Origin: Desulfobulbaceae bacterium
GTDB taxonomy: Bacteria; Desulfobacterota; Desulfobulbia; Desulfobulbales; SURF-16
DNA length: 64,000 bases
Assembly (NCBI GenBank): GCA_023230525.1
Contig: JALNXE010000011.1
Location: 844-64,843 of the forward strand
Direction of reading: 5' to 3'
The notes under the pieces are model-generated. The model saw only the letters and a list, made by a program, of their open reading frames with translations, had not been told where the DNA came from and did not search any database. The position numbers were made by a program, and so were the translations under genes. Positions 49,072 to 58,967 of the stretch are shown here, one piece after another; position 1 is the stretch's first letter, and every line of letters begins with the position of its first letter.

Positions 49072-50829
49072 ATGGTTACGGATACCGCTCTATTGCTGAA
49101 TATCCTGGAACAGCTTCGCGCCCTGCCACGGGAAGCCGCAACGGTGGAGTTTAAGTCTAACTGGGATTACCCCGAAGACATCGGGGAATATCTATCCGCC
49201 CTGGCAAACGCCGCCGTGCTGGATCGGCACGACCGGGCCTGGATGGTGTGGGGAGTGGATAACACCACCCATGCCGTGCAGGGCACGACCTTCAATCCCT
49301 TCAAGACCAAGGGGGAAGGCAATCAGTCACTTACCATGTGGCTGACGCAGAAGACCTCACCACGCCCGGATTTTCAGTTCCATGAAGTAGAACATCCGGA
49401 CGGGCGGGTGGTGATGCTCGAAATACATCCACCCCGGACCGCGCCCCTGGCATTCAAGGGGGTGCGCTACATTCGCATTGACAGCCATAAAACCAGGCTT
49501 TCCGAACACCCGGACAAGGAAGCGCGCCTGTGGGAGGCGCTGGGCGGGACAGAAGACTGGACAGGACAGATTGTGGCCGAGGCCACGCTGGATGATCTGG
49601 ACCAGGAGGCCATTGAGTTCGCCCGCGCCAAATTCACGGAATATCTGATCAAAAGCGAGGAAGACCCTTCCCGGCATGAACAGATTCACCACGAGGCCCA
49701 TGCCTGGGATATTCAGACCCTGCTGAACAAGGCGCGGATCACCAAGCAGGGCCGGGTCACCCGCTCTGCTCTGTTGTTGCTTGGCCGGGATGAGTCGGCA
49801 CATTTTCTGACGCCGGCCGACATCAAGATCAGCTGGATTTTGCGCGACGGGCAGAACCGGGCCGTCGGCAGCCAGCACTTCGGCATGCCGCTGATTCTGT
49901 CAACAGGCGCGCTGTTTAAACGCATCCGCAATGTCCCCCTGGAATATATGCCGGATGGCACGTTGTTTCCCACCCCGGTGTCTCAATATGACCCCTGGGT
50001 CATTCGTGAGGCGCTGCATAACTGCATTGCCCATCAGGATTACCGGCTGGGGGGCAAGATCAACGTGGTGGAACATCCGGACAAACTGGTGTTTGCCAAC
50101 CTTGGGGCCTTTATCCCGCCCAGTGTCGAGTGGATGCTGGAACATCAGTCACCTCCAGAGCATTACCGCAACCAGTGGCTGATCGACGGCATGGTGCGGC
50201 TGCGCATGATTGACCAGATCGGCAGCGGCATCCGCCGGATGTTCGAGACCCAGCGCGAGCGCTTTTTCCCTCTTCCTGATTATACAATCGATGCTGATAT
50301 GCCCGCAAAGCCCAGGGTGGAGGTGGCCATCAGCGGCAAAATATTGGATGCGAAATACACCCAGGTGCTGATGAAAAGGCGGGATCTCACCCTTTCGCAG
50401 GTGGTGATGCTTGACCAGATACAGAAACACAAAAAAATCCCCCAGGCAGACGCCAAACGGCTACGGGCGGAAAAACTGATAGAGGGCCGCTCTCCCAATT
50501 ATTTCATCTCCGCCATGGTGGCTGATTGGACCGGGCAGAAGGCCAGCTACATTCATAATCGGGCCTTGGATGACGATTATTATCGCCGCCTCATCATCGA
50601 GTATCTCCAGAAATACAAACGGGCCAGCCGTAAAGAGCTGGATGAATTGCTGCTGCCCAAACTATCCGAAGTGCTCACCCCTGAGCAAAAGCGGCATAAG
50701 GTGAGAAACCTTATCCAATCCCTGCGCGGCAGCGGTGCTATCAGCAACAAGGGCTCAAACAAGGCTCCGATCTGGGTGCTGATGGGGGACAAATTTATTG
50801 CTAACGCACCCAAGGCAGATAAAAGTTAG
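49072..50829 (+). CDS. AlbA_2 (Schlafen-like 'divergent AAA') plus HATPase_c_4 plus wHTH protein, often annotated as RecG-like or transcriptional regulator
   Basis: 585 aa. N-terminal EAATVEFKSNW (AlbA_2 hallmark). Middle REALHNCIAHQDYRLGGKINVVEHPDKLVFANLG...IDQIGSGIRRM (HATPase_c_4-like). Confidence 0.7.
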   Translation: MVTDTALLLNILEQLRALPREAATVEFKSNWDYPEDIGEYLSALANAAVLDRHDRAWMVWGVDNTTHAVQGTTFNPFKTKGEGNQSLTMWLTQKTSPRPDFQFHEVEHPDGRVVMLEIHPPRTAPLAFKGVRYIRIDSHKTRLSEHPDKEARLWEALGGTEDWTGQIVAEATLDDLDQEAIEFARAKFTEYLIKSEEDPSRHEQIHHEAHAWDIQTLLNKARITKQGRVTRSALLLLGRDESAHFLTPADIKISWILRDGQNRAVGSQHFGMPLILSTGALFKRIRNVPLEYMPDGTLFPTPVSQYDPWVIREALHNCIAHQDYRLGGKINVVEHPDKLVFANLGAFIPPSVEWMLEHQSPPEHYRNQWLIDGMVRLRMIDQIGSGIRRMFETQRERFFPLPDYTIDADMPAKPRVEVAISGKILDAKYTQVLMKRRDLTLSQVVMLDQIQKHKKIPQADAKRLRAEKLIEGRSPNYFISAMVADWTGQKASYIHNRALDDDYYRRLIIEYLQKYKRASRKELDELLLPKLSEVLTPEQKRHKVRNLIQSLRGSGAISNKGSNKAPIWVLMGDKFIANAPKADKS

Positions 50830-50913
50830 CAATAAAATCTAGCGACAAATGTGAGCATCCATTTGTTAATATTGCAAATTTTATAACTGCCGATGTTTTT
50901 TCATTATCAATAA

Positions 50914-51090
50914 GAGCCTCTTGCAAAATGAACGTCGTAGCGAGATCGAGAGAAAAATATTCTGTGCAAGGATGAGTTGTGAAATCGCCCGGAAGCGTAG
51001 CAGTGCTACGTTGAGGACGATTTCACCAGGAAGACGCCGCACAGGTTATTTTTAGCCGATCGGAGTAGATGTTCATTTTGCAAGAGGCTC
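50914..51090. repeat. 177 bp imperfect palindrome (MITE-like or structured RNA element)
   Basis: 20 bp perfect terminal inverted repeats, GAGCCTCTTGCAAAATGAAC (50914..50933) and GTTCATTTTGCAAGAGGCTC (51071..51090). Interior arms also pair (AAAAATATTCTGTGC/GCACAGGTTATTTTT, GTGAAATCG/CGATTTCAC, CGTAGCA-gtg-CTACG). Confidence 0.6.
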
Positions 51091-51120
51091 AATAAGGCAG
51101 CATAATAACGGTACAGCGTG

Positions 51121-54105
51121 ATGAAACTCCACTTTGAACCAAACTTGGATTACCAGCTCGCCGCCATCGAGGCGGTATGCGACCTCTTTCGCGGCCAGGA
51201 GACGTGCCGGACGGAGTTTACCGTCACCAAGAGCGCGGTGGGCGGGGCAAGACTGCCCGGCATAGAGAGCAATCTCGGCATCGGCAACCGGTTGACCCTG
51301 CTGGACGACCAGCTGCACAAGAATCTTGGCGATATCCAGCTACGTGGCGGCCTGCCGCCTTCCGGCTCGCTGTCCTCCGGCGATTTCACGGTGGAGATGG
51401 AGACCGGCACCGGCAAAACCTACGTCTATCTGCGCACCATCTTTGAACTCCACCGCCGCTATGGTTTCACCAAGTTCGTCATCGTGGTGCCCTCGGTGGC
51501 GATCAAGGAGGGTGTGTACAAGTCGTTGCAAATTACCGAGGAGCACTTCAAGGGTCTCTATGCCGGTGTGCCTTTCGACTATTTCCTTTATGACTCCGCC
51601 AAGCTCGGCCAGGTACGTAACTTTGCCACCAGCCCGCAGATTCAGATCATGGTGGTTACTGTCGGTGCCATCAACAAGAAGGACGTCAATAACCTCTACA
51701 AGGACAGCGAGAAGACCGGCGGCGAGAAACCCATCGACCTGATCCGTTCCACGCGGCCTATCGTCATCGTGGACGAGCCCCAGAGCGTGGACGGCGGTCT
51801 TTCTGGGGCGGGCAAGGCGGCGCTCGAAGCCATGGCTCCCCTCTGCACCCTGCGCTATTCTGCTACCCATGTGGACAAACACCACATGGTTTATCGTCTG
51901 GATGCGGTGGATGCCTACGAAAAAGGGCTGGTCAAGCAGATCGAGGTGGCTTCGGCCACGGTGGCGGCGGCCCACAACAAACCCTATGTCCGGCTGCTGA
52001 AGGTAGAGAATAAAAAGAGGGGAGGAATCTCAGCCAGGGTGGAACTGGACATGGCTATGACCGGCGGTGGCGTCAAACGGGTTGAGCTAATGGTGCAGGA
52101 TAGTGACGACCTGGAGCAGACCACCAGGCGGGAGATGTACCGTGATTGCCGCATTGGTGAGATTCGCACGGCCAAGGGTGATGAGTTCATGGAACTGCGC
52201 TACCCCGGCGGCGAAAGCTATCTGCGCCTGGGCGAGGCATACGGGGATATTGAGCCGCTGGCGATTCAACGGCAGATGATCCACCGCACCATCAAGGAGC
52301 ATCTGGACAAGGAGAAAAGACTGCGGCCCCAAGGGATCAAGGTGCTGTCGCTCTTCTTCATCGACTCGGTGGACAAATATCGCAAGTACGATGCGGACGG
52401 CAATCCGGTGAAGGGTGAGTACGGCCTCATCTTTGAGGAAGAATACCGACACCTGGCCAAGCACCCAGATTATCAGACTCTTTTCAAGGAAGTGGACTTG
52501 AGCCGCGCTGCCGAGGAGGTGCACAACGGCTACTTCTCCATCGACAAGAGGAGGGTGGCGGGCAAAACCGTGGAGGTTTTCAAAGACACCCGGGGCAACA
52601 CCAAGGCGGATGATGATACCTACAGCCTGATCATGCGTGAAAAGGAAAAGCTCTTGAGCTTCGAGACACCGCTTAAATTCATCTTCTCCCACTCGGCTCT
52701 GCGCGAAGGCTGGGACAACCCCAACGTCTTCCAGCTCTGCACCCTGCGTGACATTCAGACTGAACGCGAGCGGCGGCAGACCATTGGCCGGGGCCTGCGC
52801 CTCTGCGTTAATCAGCATGGCGAGCGGTTACGCGGCTTTGATGTCAACACCCTTACGGTGATCGCCACCGAGAGCTATGAGCTGTTCGCCGAGAACCTGC
52901 AAAAGGAGATCGAGGCCGATACCGGCATCCGCTTCGGTATCTTGGAACAGCACCAGTTTGCCGCCATTGCCGTGATGGGTGCCGATGGGCAACCAGTATC
53001 CCTGGGGATCGAGCAGTCCAAGGCATTATGGGAACATCTCAAGACCGCGGGGCACATCAACGCCAAGGGCATGGTACAGAATTCTCTGAAAACGGCATTG
53101 AAGGAAGGCACCTTGGCTTTGCCGGCGGAGTTCGTGGCTCAGCGCGGCCAGATTGTCGAGATACTGCGCAAGGTATCCGGTCGGCTGGAGATCAAGAATG
53201 CTGACGAGCGCAAGCAGGTGCGCACACGGCAGGCTGTGCTGCAAAGCCCGGAGTTCAAGGCGCTCTGGGATCGGATCAAGCACAAGACTACCTACCGGGT
53301 GGAATTTAACAACGAAAAACTCATTGAAGACTGTATCCGCGCCCTGCAGGATGCGCCGCGCATTGCCAAGGCCCGCCTTGAGTGGCGCAAGGCGGATATC
53401 GCCATTGGCAAGGCCGGGGTCGAGGCCACGGAAAAAAAGGGGGCGACGACGGTTGTTCTGGATGAGGGGGATATTGAACTCCCCGATCTGCTGACGGATT
53501 TACAGGACCGCACCCAACTTACCCGGCGCACCATTGCTCGTATTCTCTCCGAGAGTATGCGCCTTGATGAGTTCAAGCGTAATCCGCAGCAGTTTATCGA
53601 ACTGGCCGCCGAGGCCATCAATCGCTGCAAGCGCCTGGCCCTGGTAGACGGCATCAGATACCAACGACTCGGTGATGGACAATATTATGCCCAGGAACTT
53701 TTCGAGCAGGAAGAACTTACCGGCTATTTGAAGAACATGCTCATGGACTCAAAGAAATCGATCTATGAGCATGTGGTGTATGATTCCGACACTGAGCGCA
53801 ATTTTGCCGATGCCTTGGAAAAGAACGAGGCTATCAAGGTCTATGCCAAGCTCCCAGGCTGGTTCAAGGTGCCGACGCCGTTGGGTGGCTACAACCCCGA
53901 CTGGGCCGTGCTGGTGGAAAAGGACGGCGAGGAACGACTATACTTTGTAGTGGAAACTAAGAGCGGCCTCTTTGCTGATGACGTGCGGGCCAAGGAAGCG
54001 GCCAAGATGAAATGCGGCGCAGCGCACTTCAAGGCCCTGGCAGTCAATGCGAATCCGGCGAAATACATCAAGGCCAGCAGTGTGGCCGACGTCCTCAGTC
54101 TGTAA
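51121..54105 (+). CDS. res: Type III restriction enzyme Res subunit (SF2 helicase plus C-terminal PD-(D/E)xK nuclease)
   Basis: About 994 aa (an alternative GTG start lies at 51118). Walker A METGTGKTY, motif II VIVDEPQS. C-terminal nuclease-like D...YNPDWAVLVEKDGEERLYFVVETK. Confidence 0.85.
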   Translation: MKLHFEPNLDYQLAAIEAVCDLFRGQETCRTEFTVTKSAVGGARLPGIESNLGIGNRLTLLDDQLHKNLGDIQLRGGLPPSGSLSSGDFTVEMETGTGKTYVYLRTIFELHRRYGFTKFVIVVPSVAIKEGVYKSLQITEEHFKGLYAGVPFDYFLYDSAKLGQVRNFATSPQIQIMVVTVGAINKKDVNNLYKDSEKTGGEKPIDLIRSTRPIVIVDEPQSVDGGLSGAGKAALEAMAPLCTLRYSATHVDKHHMVYRLDAVDAYEKGLVKQIEVASATVAAAHNKPYVRLLKVENKKRGGISARVELDMAMTGGGVKRVELMVQDSDDLEQTTRREMYRDCRIGEIRTAKGDEFMELRYPGGESYLRLGEAYGDIEPLAIQRQMIHRTIKEHLDKEKRLRPQGIKVLSLFFIDSVDKYRKYDADGNPVKGEYGLIFEEEYRHLAKHPDYQTLFKEVDLSRAAEEVHNGYFSIDKRRVAGKTVEVFKDTRGNTKADDDTYSLIMREKEKLLSFETPLKFIFSHSALREGWDNPNVFQLCTLRDIQTERERRQTIGRGLRLCVNQHGERLRGFDVNTLTVIATESYELFAENLQKEIEADTGIRFGILEQHQFAAIAVMGADGQPVSLGIEQSKALWEHLKTAGHINAKGMVQNSLKTALKEGTLALPAEFVAQRGQIVEILRKVSGRLEIKNADERKQVRTRQAVLQSPEFKALWDRIKHKTTYRVEFNNEKLIEDCIRALQDAPRIAKARLEWRKADIAIGKAGVEATEKKGATTVVLDEGDIELPDLLTDLQDRTQLTRRTIARILSESMRLDEFKRNPQQFIELAAEAINRCKRLALVDGIRYQRLGDGQYYAQELFEQEELTGYLKNMLMDSKKSIYEHVVYDSDTERNFADALEKNEAIKVYAKLPGWFKVPTPLGGYNPDWAVLVEKDGEERLYFVVETKSGLFADDVRAKEAAKMKCGAAHFKALAVNANPAKYIKASSVADVLSL

Positions 54106-54290
54106 CGAGCAAGCCCCCATAATAGGGGGCGTGGCTGGTAATCCATTACTTCCACTGTAGGGATTTTTTTATGCGCTGGGGAGTTACGAAAAGAACGAGG
54201 GAGTACCAGGATTTTTTATTACAGCACCAACTACGGCAACTGGCAAAGATTGAAGACAAAAAAATCTATTACGGCATTTACTACGGCACA

Positions 54291-54326
54291 AACAAAAAAG
54301 GGTTAAGCAGAAAACGCCTAACCCTT
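54291..54326 (-). terminator. rho-independent terminator downstream of tRNA-Asn
   Basis: On the minus strand: AAGGGTTA-ggcgttttctgct-TAACCCTT followed by TTTTTTGTT. Confidence 0.5.
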
Positions 54327-54335
54327 TGAATTTAT

Positions 54336-54411
<76 letters not shown>

Positions 54412-54580
54412 TTAGTTGGTGCCCTTACGAAGCGGCAAATATAGCAACTTGACTTTCGCCCGTCAACAATTTTAAATAATAAAATTTCACATTTTGCCGG
54501 TTATTCTGCTTATACTTTTGATTTCTTCTTGACGGTTGCCCTACTTAATGCTAATTGGTTTTTCTCATTTATTTTTATGT

Positions 54581-54658
<78 letters not shown>

Positions 54659-54675
54659 TTAATATGAGAAATTTC

Positions 54676-54708
54676 AGCGAGTTATGATTTTCATAATTCG
54701 CTTTTTTT
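54676..54708 (+). terminator. rho-independent terminator after tRNA-Pro
   Basis: AGCGAGTTATGA-ttt-TCATAATTCGCT followed by TTTTTT. Confidence 0.6.
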
Positions 54709-55239
54709 GTTGGCTGCACCCCCGCAATGCCCCTGTGCTCCCCCCTGTGACACCCCGCCTTGACCTTTTTCCCTTTTTTTCTGCAGTCGGGCAGCTCTCT
54801 TATTGCTGCCGGAATTTTTATCGCAGACCAAGGCAATACAACCCGCCTGCCGCCTGCCTTCTTCTCGCGCCCCGGCCATTCTGCAATCTCCTCACCCCGG
54901 CCATCGATGAAAAAACAGGGCAATCTGTAACCTCGATCAGTGACAGAATAGTGTTACCTGGCGGCTTTATCGAGCACCTACCTAACATCCTGAAGGAATT
55001 TCGCCAATACTTCTCTTTCATCTCCCCTGTTTATCCATTCCCCGCTGTTTCAGGTTACAGATTCATCAGGAGGCGCCCAGGGAATGGGCTGCCACAATTT
55101 TCATAATCTGCTGATTTTATTTCGCTTTATACCATTACCCCATGATGGCATAAATATTGATCCGGATAATTCCAAATGTGGTGTTCTTTTTGTGCTATGG
55201 GAAGGATGAAATGAAAAAACAGGAAAAAGGAGACTTGGG

Positions 55240-57408
55240 ATGGCAAACATTCTTAAAAAAACTAAGCGAGAGGTGGAAACCATATTTCGGGTGAAGCTTG
55301 ACCTGAGAAACATGGAGGCCGGGGAAAAAAGCCCGCCGGTCAAGGCATATCTGCTCAGCCCCTCCGGGGAACTGCTGGATGCGCAGATGGTCGGCGCCAA
55401 CGGGGCCGCCACCCTGAAAACGGATTACGGTTTCGGCGAGCAGGGCAAGTTTAAAATCACGGTGGGCCCGGAGCTTGAAAAGACCAGCCGGCTGACCAGG
55501 GCCAAGGCCCGCAGCACCACCGTGGTGGCCCAGCTGGGCAAGACCGTTGACCTGGGCATCAGCGTCGCCCGGCCGGACTGGGAATGCTGGTTCGGCTATT
55601 TCTACCACATTGCCGGGGATGTCAAAAAGCGGATCAAGCCCGATGCCGACACCACCCTCTACGCCCCGGTCTGCACCTCCATCGTGGAGATATACGAGGT
55701 GGACTTTATCGGCTACATCCTGCAACTGCCGCCCTTTGAGCTGGAGAGATTCCGGGAAGAGCTGCTGCGCATTCCCGAGGAATTTCCCGTACCGCCGCGG
55801 CCGTGGCCAGACCCGCCATGGCCGTACCTGAAAGAGCAGCTGCCGGTAAAAGCGACGCGGGCAGCCACGGCAAAACTGGCGCGGCGGCCCCTCACCGCCG
55901 ATGTGAGCATGGCCATGACGACCACGGCAACGGCATCCGCGGCGAACCAGCTGGCATCCCAGGTCAGCCTGGTTGCCATAAAAAATCTGCCCGCCGAGAG
56001 TTTCCGCAGATTCGTTGTGGACAACATCGCGGTATTCAGGCCATATATCTGCCTCTACCTGCCGGGTCTTTACACCAAGTCGCTGCTTGCCACGGCCAAC
56101 ACCGACACCAACGGTCATTTCAGCACCTCCGTCATTTTCTTCTGCAAAACCGAACAGCCGGATCTCTACTTCAAGGTCAAACAGTGCATCTCCGGCTGTC
56201 TCAAATATGTCTATGCCCCGACGCCGGTGCCCTGCCATACCTACTGGAACCACCCGAGCGGCGAGGAGGTGCACCTGGTGGTCACCGACCCGCAGGCCCG
56301 CTGCCACTTTGAAAATCCGGGGGTGGACAAGCCCGGCATCTACGTCATGCCCATCGGCATCGGCAATGACGGCTGGTGGAAGATCCATCAGGGCCATCTC
56401 AAACCCCCAACAATTGCCGACGCCAATCAGGGACTGTATCATCCCACCGCCGGGGACACCTATGACCCCTACGGCAAGACCCTTGATCTGAACATGCAGT
56501 TTCATGATGGCCTGCGCGACCCGGCCGGGCCCAATATCATGTATTACCGCTGGTCCTATCAGAAGCAGGGGGAAACGGGCTGGACCAACATCGACACCCC
56601 CATTGTCCATCGCTACCTGGACCAGACCGATCCGCTGCACCCGAAGATCAAGACCTACAAGCTGGGCCCCAACCCCAATCCCAACCCGGCCAGCAGTGAA
56701 GACAACCTGTTCGAGGTGCCGCCGCCAGAGCTGGACTGGTATGTGGAAAACGACCGGTATGACCGGCCTTTTGCCAAATGGGACACCACCACCCTGGCCG
56801 AGGACCCCGATGATGCGGACGCTAAATATACCTTAAGGCTTGAGATGTTTGATGCGGCCGGCAACAAGGTGACGCCTGCCGGGGCCGGATTCAAGTTTTT
56901 CCTGGCCCAGGGCTCCATGGTGGATGACGAATGGCCGGTGGACGATGCGCCCCATGTGGAGCCGGACGGCAGCATCCTGTTCACCGTGCATGTGGACAAC
57001 TGCGATACCGTGGCCGCCATCGAATCGGTGGGATTTACCGGCACCATTCCCAAGGAATGCCAGTTCCTGGAATATGCCGATCTGGACCAGGAGATCGAGG
57101 TGAGATACCAGGCCTACCACCCCCACGGCTTCCTTGCCGAATACGATCTGGCCATCAACCGGGGCATGTCCGGCACCCTGGAGTCGCCTGCGGATTGGCT
57201 GAATGTCACCGATCCCGCCGGCCCGCCCGTCACCACCCCGGTGGCGGAAGGGCTCCCGGCGGTGACGGTGGGCGAGCTGCTCGATACGAACAGCCGCTGC
57301 GCCTTTGCCGTCAGGCTGCATACCTTCCCCAGGACCCGGGACGGTTATGACCGGATCAGGGATTATGAGGCCTCCGATGTGGGGGCCTTTGCCCTGGTAG
57401 AGAAGTAA
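55240..57408 (+). CDS. large hypothetical protein (722 aa), no recognisable domain
   Basis: Long ORF with balanced, protein-like composition. The antisense ORF 55195..56640 has a typical G/V/R/L shadow composition. No signal peptide. Confidence 0.6.
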   Translation: MANILKKTKREVETIFRVKLDLRNMEAGEKSPPVKAYLLSPSGELLDAQMVGANGAATLKTDYGFGEQGKFKITVGPELEKTSRLTRAKARSTTVVAQLGKTVDLGISVARPDWECWFGYFYHIAGDVKKRIKPDADTTLYAPVCTSIVEIYEVDFIGYILQLPPFELERFREELLRIPEEFPVPPRPWPDPPWPYLKEQLPVKATRAATAKLARRPLTADVSMAMTTTATASAANQLASQVSLVAIKNLPAESFRRFVVDNIAVFRPYICLYLPGLYTKSLLATANTDTNGHFSTSVIFFCKTEQPDLYFKVKQCISGCLKYVYAPTPVPCHTYWNHPSGEEVHLVVTDPQARCHFENPGVDKPGIYVMPIGIGNDGWWKIHQGHLKPPTIADANQGLYHPTAGDTYDPYGKTLDLNMQFHDGLRDPAGPNIMYYRWSYQKQGETGWTNIDTPIVHRYLDQTDPLHPKIKTYKLGPNPNPNPASSEDNLFEVPPPELDWYVENDRYDRPFAKWDTTTLAEDPDDADAKYTLRLEMFDAAGNKVTPAGAGFKFFLAQGSMVDDEWPVDDAPHVEPDGSILFTVHVDNCDTVAAIESVGFTGTIPKECQFLEYADLDQEIEVRYQAYHPHGFLAEYDLAINRGMSGTLESPADWLNVTDPAGPPVTTPVAEGLPAVTVGELLDTNSRCAFAVRLHTFPRTRDGYDRIRDYEASDVGAFALVEK

Positions 57409-57691
57409 CCAAAGCACAACAGGAGAATTTCATTCATTTTTCTGCTGTTTTAAGGTAGTCTTGTCCTCAGCAGAGGGCAGGGCTGCTGCGCGGCCAGCAA
57501 CAAAGAGTACCAGACCAACGGGGCAGCTCAGCTCGATGATATGTTTTCCATAGAGGTCCGTTCCCGGCGCCTTGGAAAACGCCTGCAGCCGCAGCATCGA
57601 CCATGGGTCTGCCCCTTTGGTTTTTTTGGCTGAAATGACAATAATGAAACAGCGGCCGGGACTGTCTGAATTTGACCCAGGAGGAGAACAT

Positions 57692-58657
57692 ATGAGAGGA
57701 AAAGCAAAGAGGTTGGTCATTTTTATGGCTGTGGTCAGCTCGGTCCTGGCCCCGGTCCTGGCAGGAGCCCTTACCTTTGACCGGATGGTGGTCTTCGGCA
57801 CCAGTCTGTCGGACCCGGGCAATGCCTATGCCCTGACCGGCTGGCTCTCCAGGCCTCCCTACGACACCCTGGACAGCCTCCTGGTGCCGGACGCACCCTA
57901 TGCCCGGGGTGGGCACCATTTCAGCAACGGCGCCACCTGGGTCGAGCAGTATGCCCGCGCAATCGGCCTGGCCGGCAGCACCCGTCCCGCCTTCCAGGTC
58001 GCCGATGGCCTGGCGGCAAACTATGCGGTGGGGGGAGCCAGGGCCCGGGAGGATGACCTCAATATGAACCTGGCCAGCCAGGTACAGGCCTTTTTTGTCC
58101 GGTTCCCGGAGGCCCCGGCGGACGCCCTCTATGCTGTCGAGATGGGGTCAAACGACATCCGCGATGCGCTGCTGGCCGACCCGCATAGTGAACCAGGCCC
58201 TGCCGGCGTGCTCGAGGAGGCCCTGACCGCCATTGCCACCGCCATGCTGGATCTCTATGATGCCGGAGCCCGGAAATTTCTGGTTTTAAACGGGGCGGAT
58301 ATCAGCCTCACCCCGGCGGTACGGCAGCTGGACACCCTCATGCCGGGTGCCGCCTTCTCTGCGCGATTACTCAGTATTACCTTCAATACCGGGCTTGAAA
58401 ACCTGCTGCAGAATCTGGAGGCAACCTTGCCGGATATTGAAATCAGGCGTCTTGACATGTACGGCCAGCTCAATGCATACGCGACCGATCCCGGCGGTTT
58501 CGGATTGACCGAGGTTGCGGCAGCCTGTGTTACCCCCAATCTTGCCCCCTTTGCCTGCCACGACCCGGATGAATACCTGTTCTGGGACGGGGTGCACCCC
58601 ACCCGGGCGGTCCATGCCATCTTTGCCAGGGAGGCCGCCAGCGTATTGGCGGAGTGA
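57692..58657 (+). CDS. secreted SGNH/GDSL-family hydrolase (lipase/esterase)
   Basis: Trimmed to MRGKAKRLVIFMAVVSSVLAPVLAGA, with RBS AGGAGGA. Block I FGTSLSDPGN, block II GGARA, block III EMGSNDI, block V FWDGVHPT. Confidence 0.8.
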   Translation: MRGKAKRLVIFMAVVSSVLAPVLAGALTFDRMVVFGTSLSDPGNAYALTGWLSRPPYDTLDSLLVPDAPYARGGHHFSNGATWVEQYARAIGLAGSTRPAFQVADGLAANYAVGGARAREDDLNMNLASQVQAFFVRFPEAPADALYAVEMGSNDIRDALLADPHSEPGPAGVLEEALTAIATAMLDLYDAGARKFLVLNGADISLTPAVRQLDTLMPGAAFSARLLSITFNTGLENLLQNLEATLPDIEIRRLDMYGQLNAYATDPGGFGLTEVAAACVTPNLAPFACHDPDEYLFWDGVHPTRAVHAIFAREAASVLAE

Positions 58658-58706
58658 ACCAGGGCGGGGATAAAACCAGCTTCTCACCTCTGACTCCCGC
58701 CATGCC

Positions 58707-58732
58707 AGGGGCGGTTCGCGAACCGCCCCTAC
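58707..58732. repeat. REP-like element copy (AGGGGCGGTTCGCGAACCGCCCCTAC)
   Basis: Same core as 1103..1130. The left arm is slightly degenerate. Confidence 0.65.
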
Positions 58733-58967
58733 GTGCCACAGAGAGGGCATCATGCCGCGGGATATCAAAGAAAAAAATAAGCGTTTGAGATTATAATTCC
58801 TGTAGGGGCACCCCTTGTGGGTGCCCTGAAGTAGGTGCCCTGGATCGGGCTGCCCGTTGTTTGCCTGGTCCCGCTATTTCGGGGGGGGGTACCGATGATG
58901 GCCAATCGGGTACCCGTCCGGGAGGAGGACACCCACGAGGGGTGCCCCGCCGTGCGCCCTCATCCTG

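Noticed and set aside
55195-56640. 481 aa minus-strand ORF opposite the 722 aa ORF
   Set aside because: Its G/V/R/L/A-rich composition is typical of a GC shadow frame. The + ORF is longer, has balanced composition, and continues 770 bp further.
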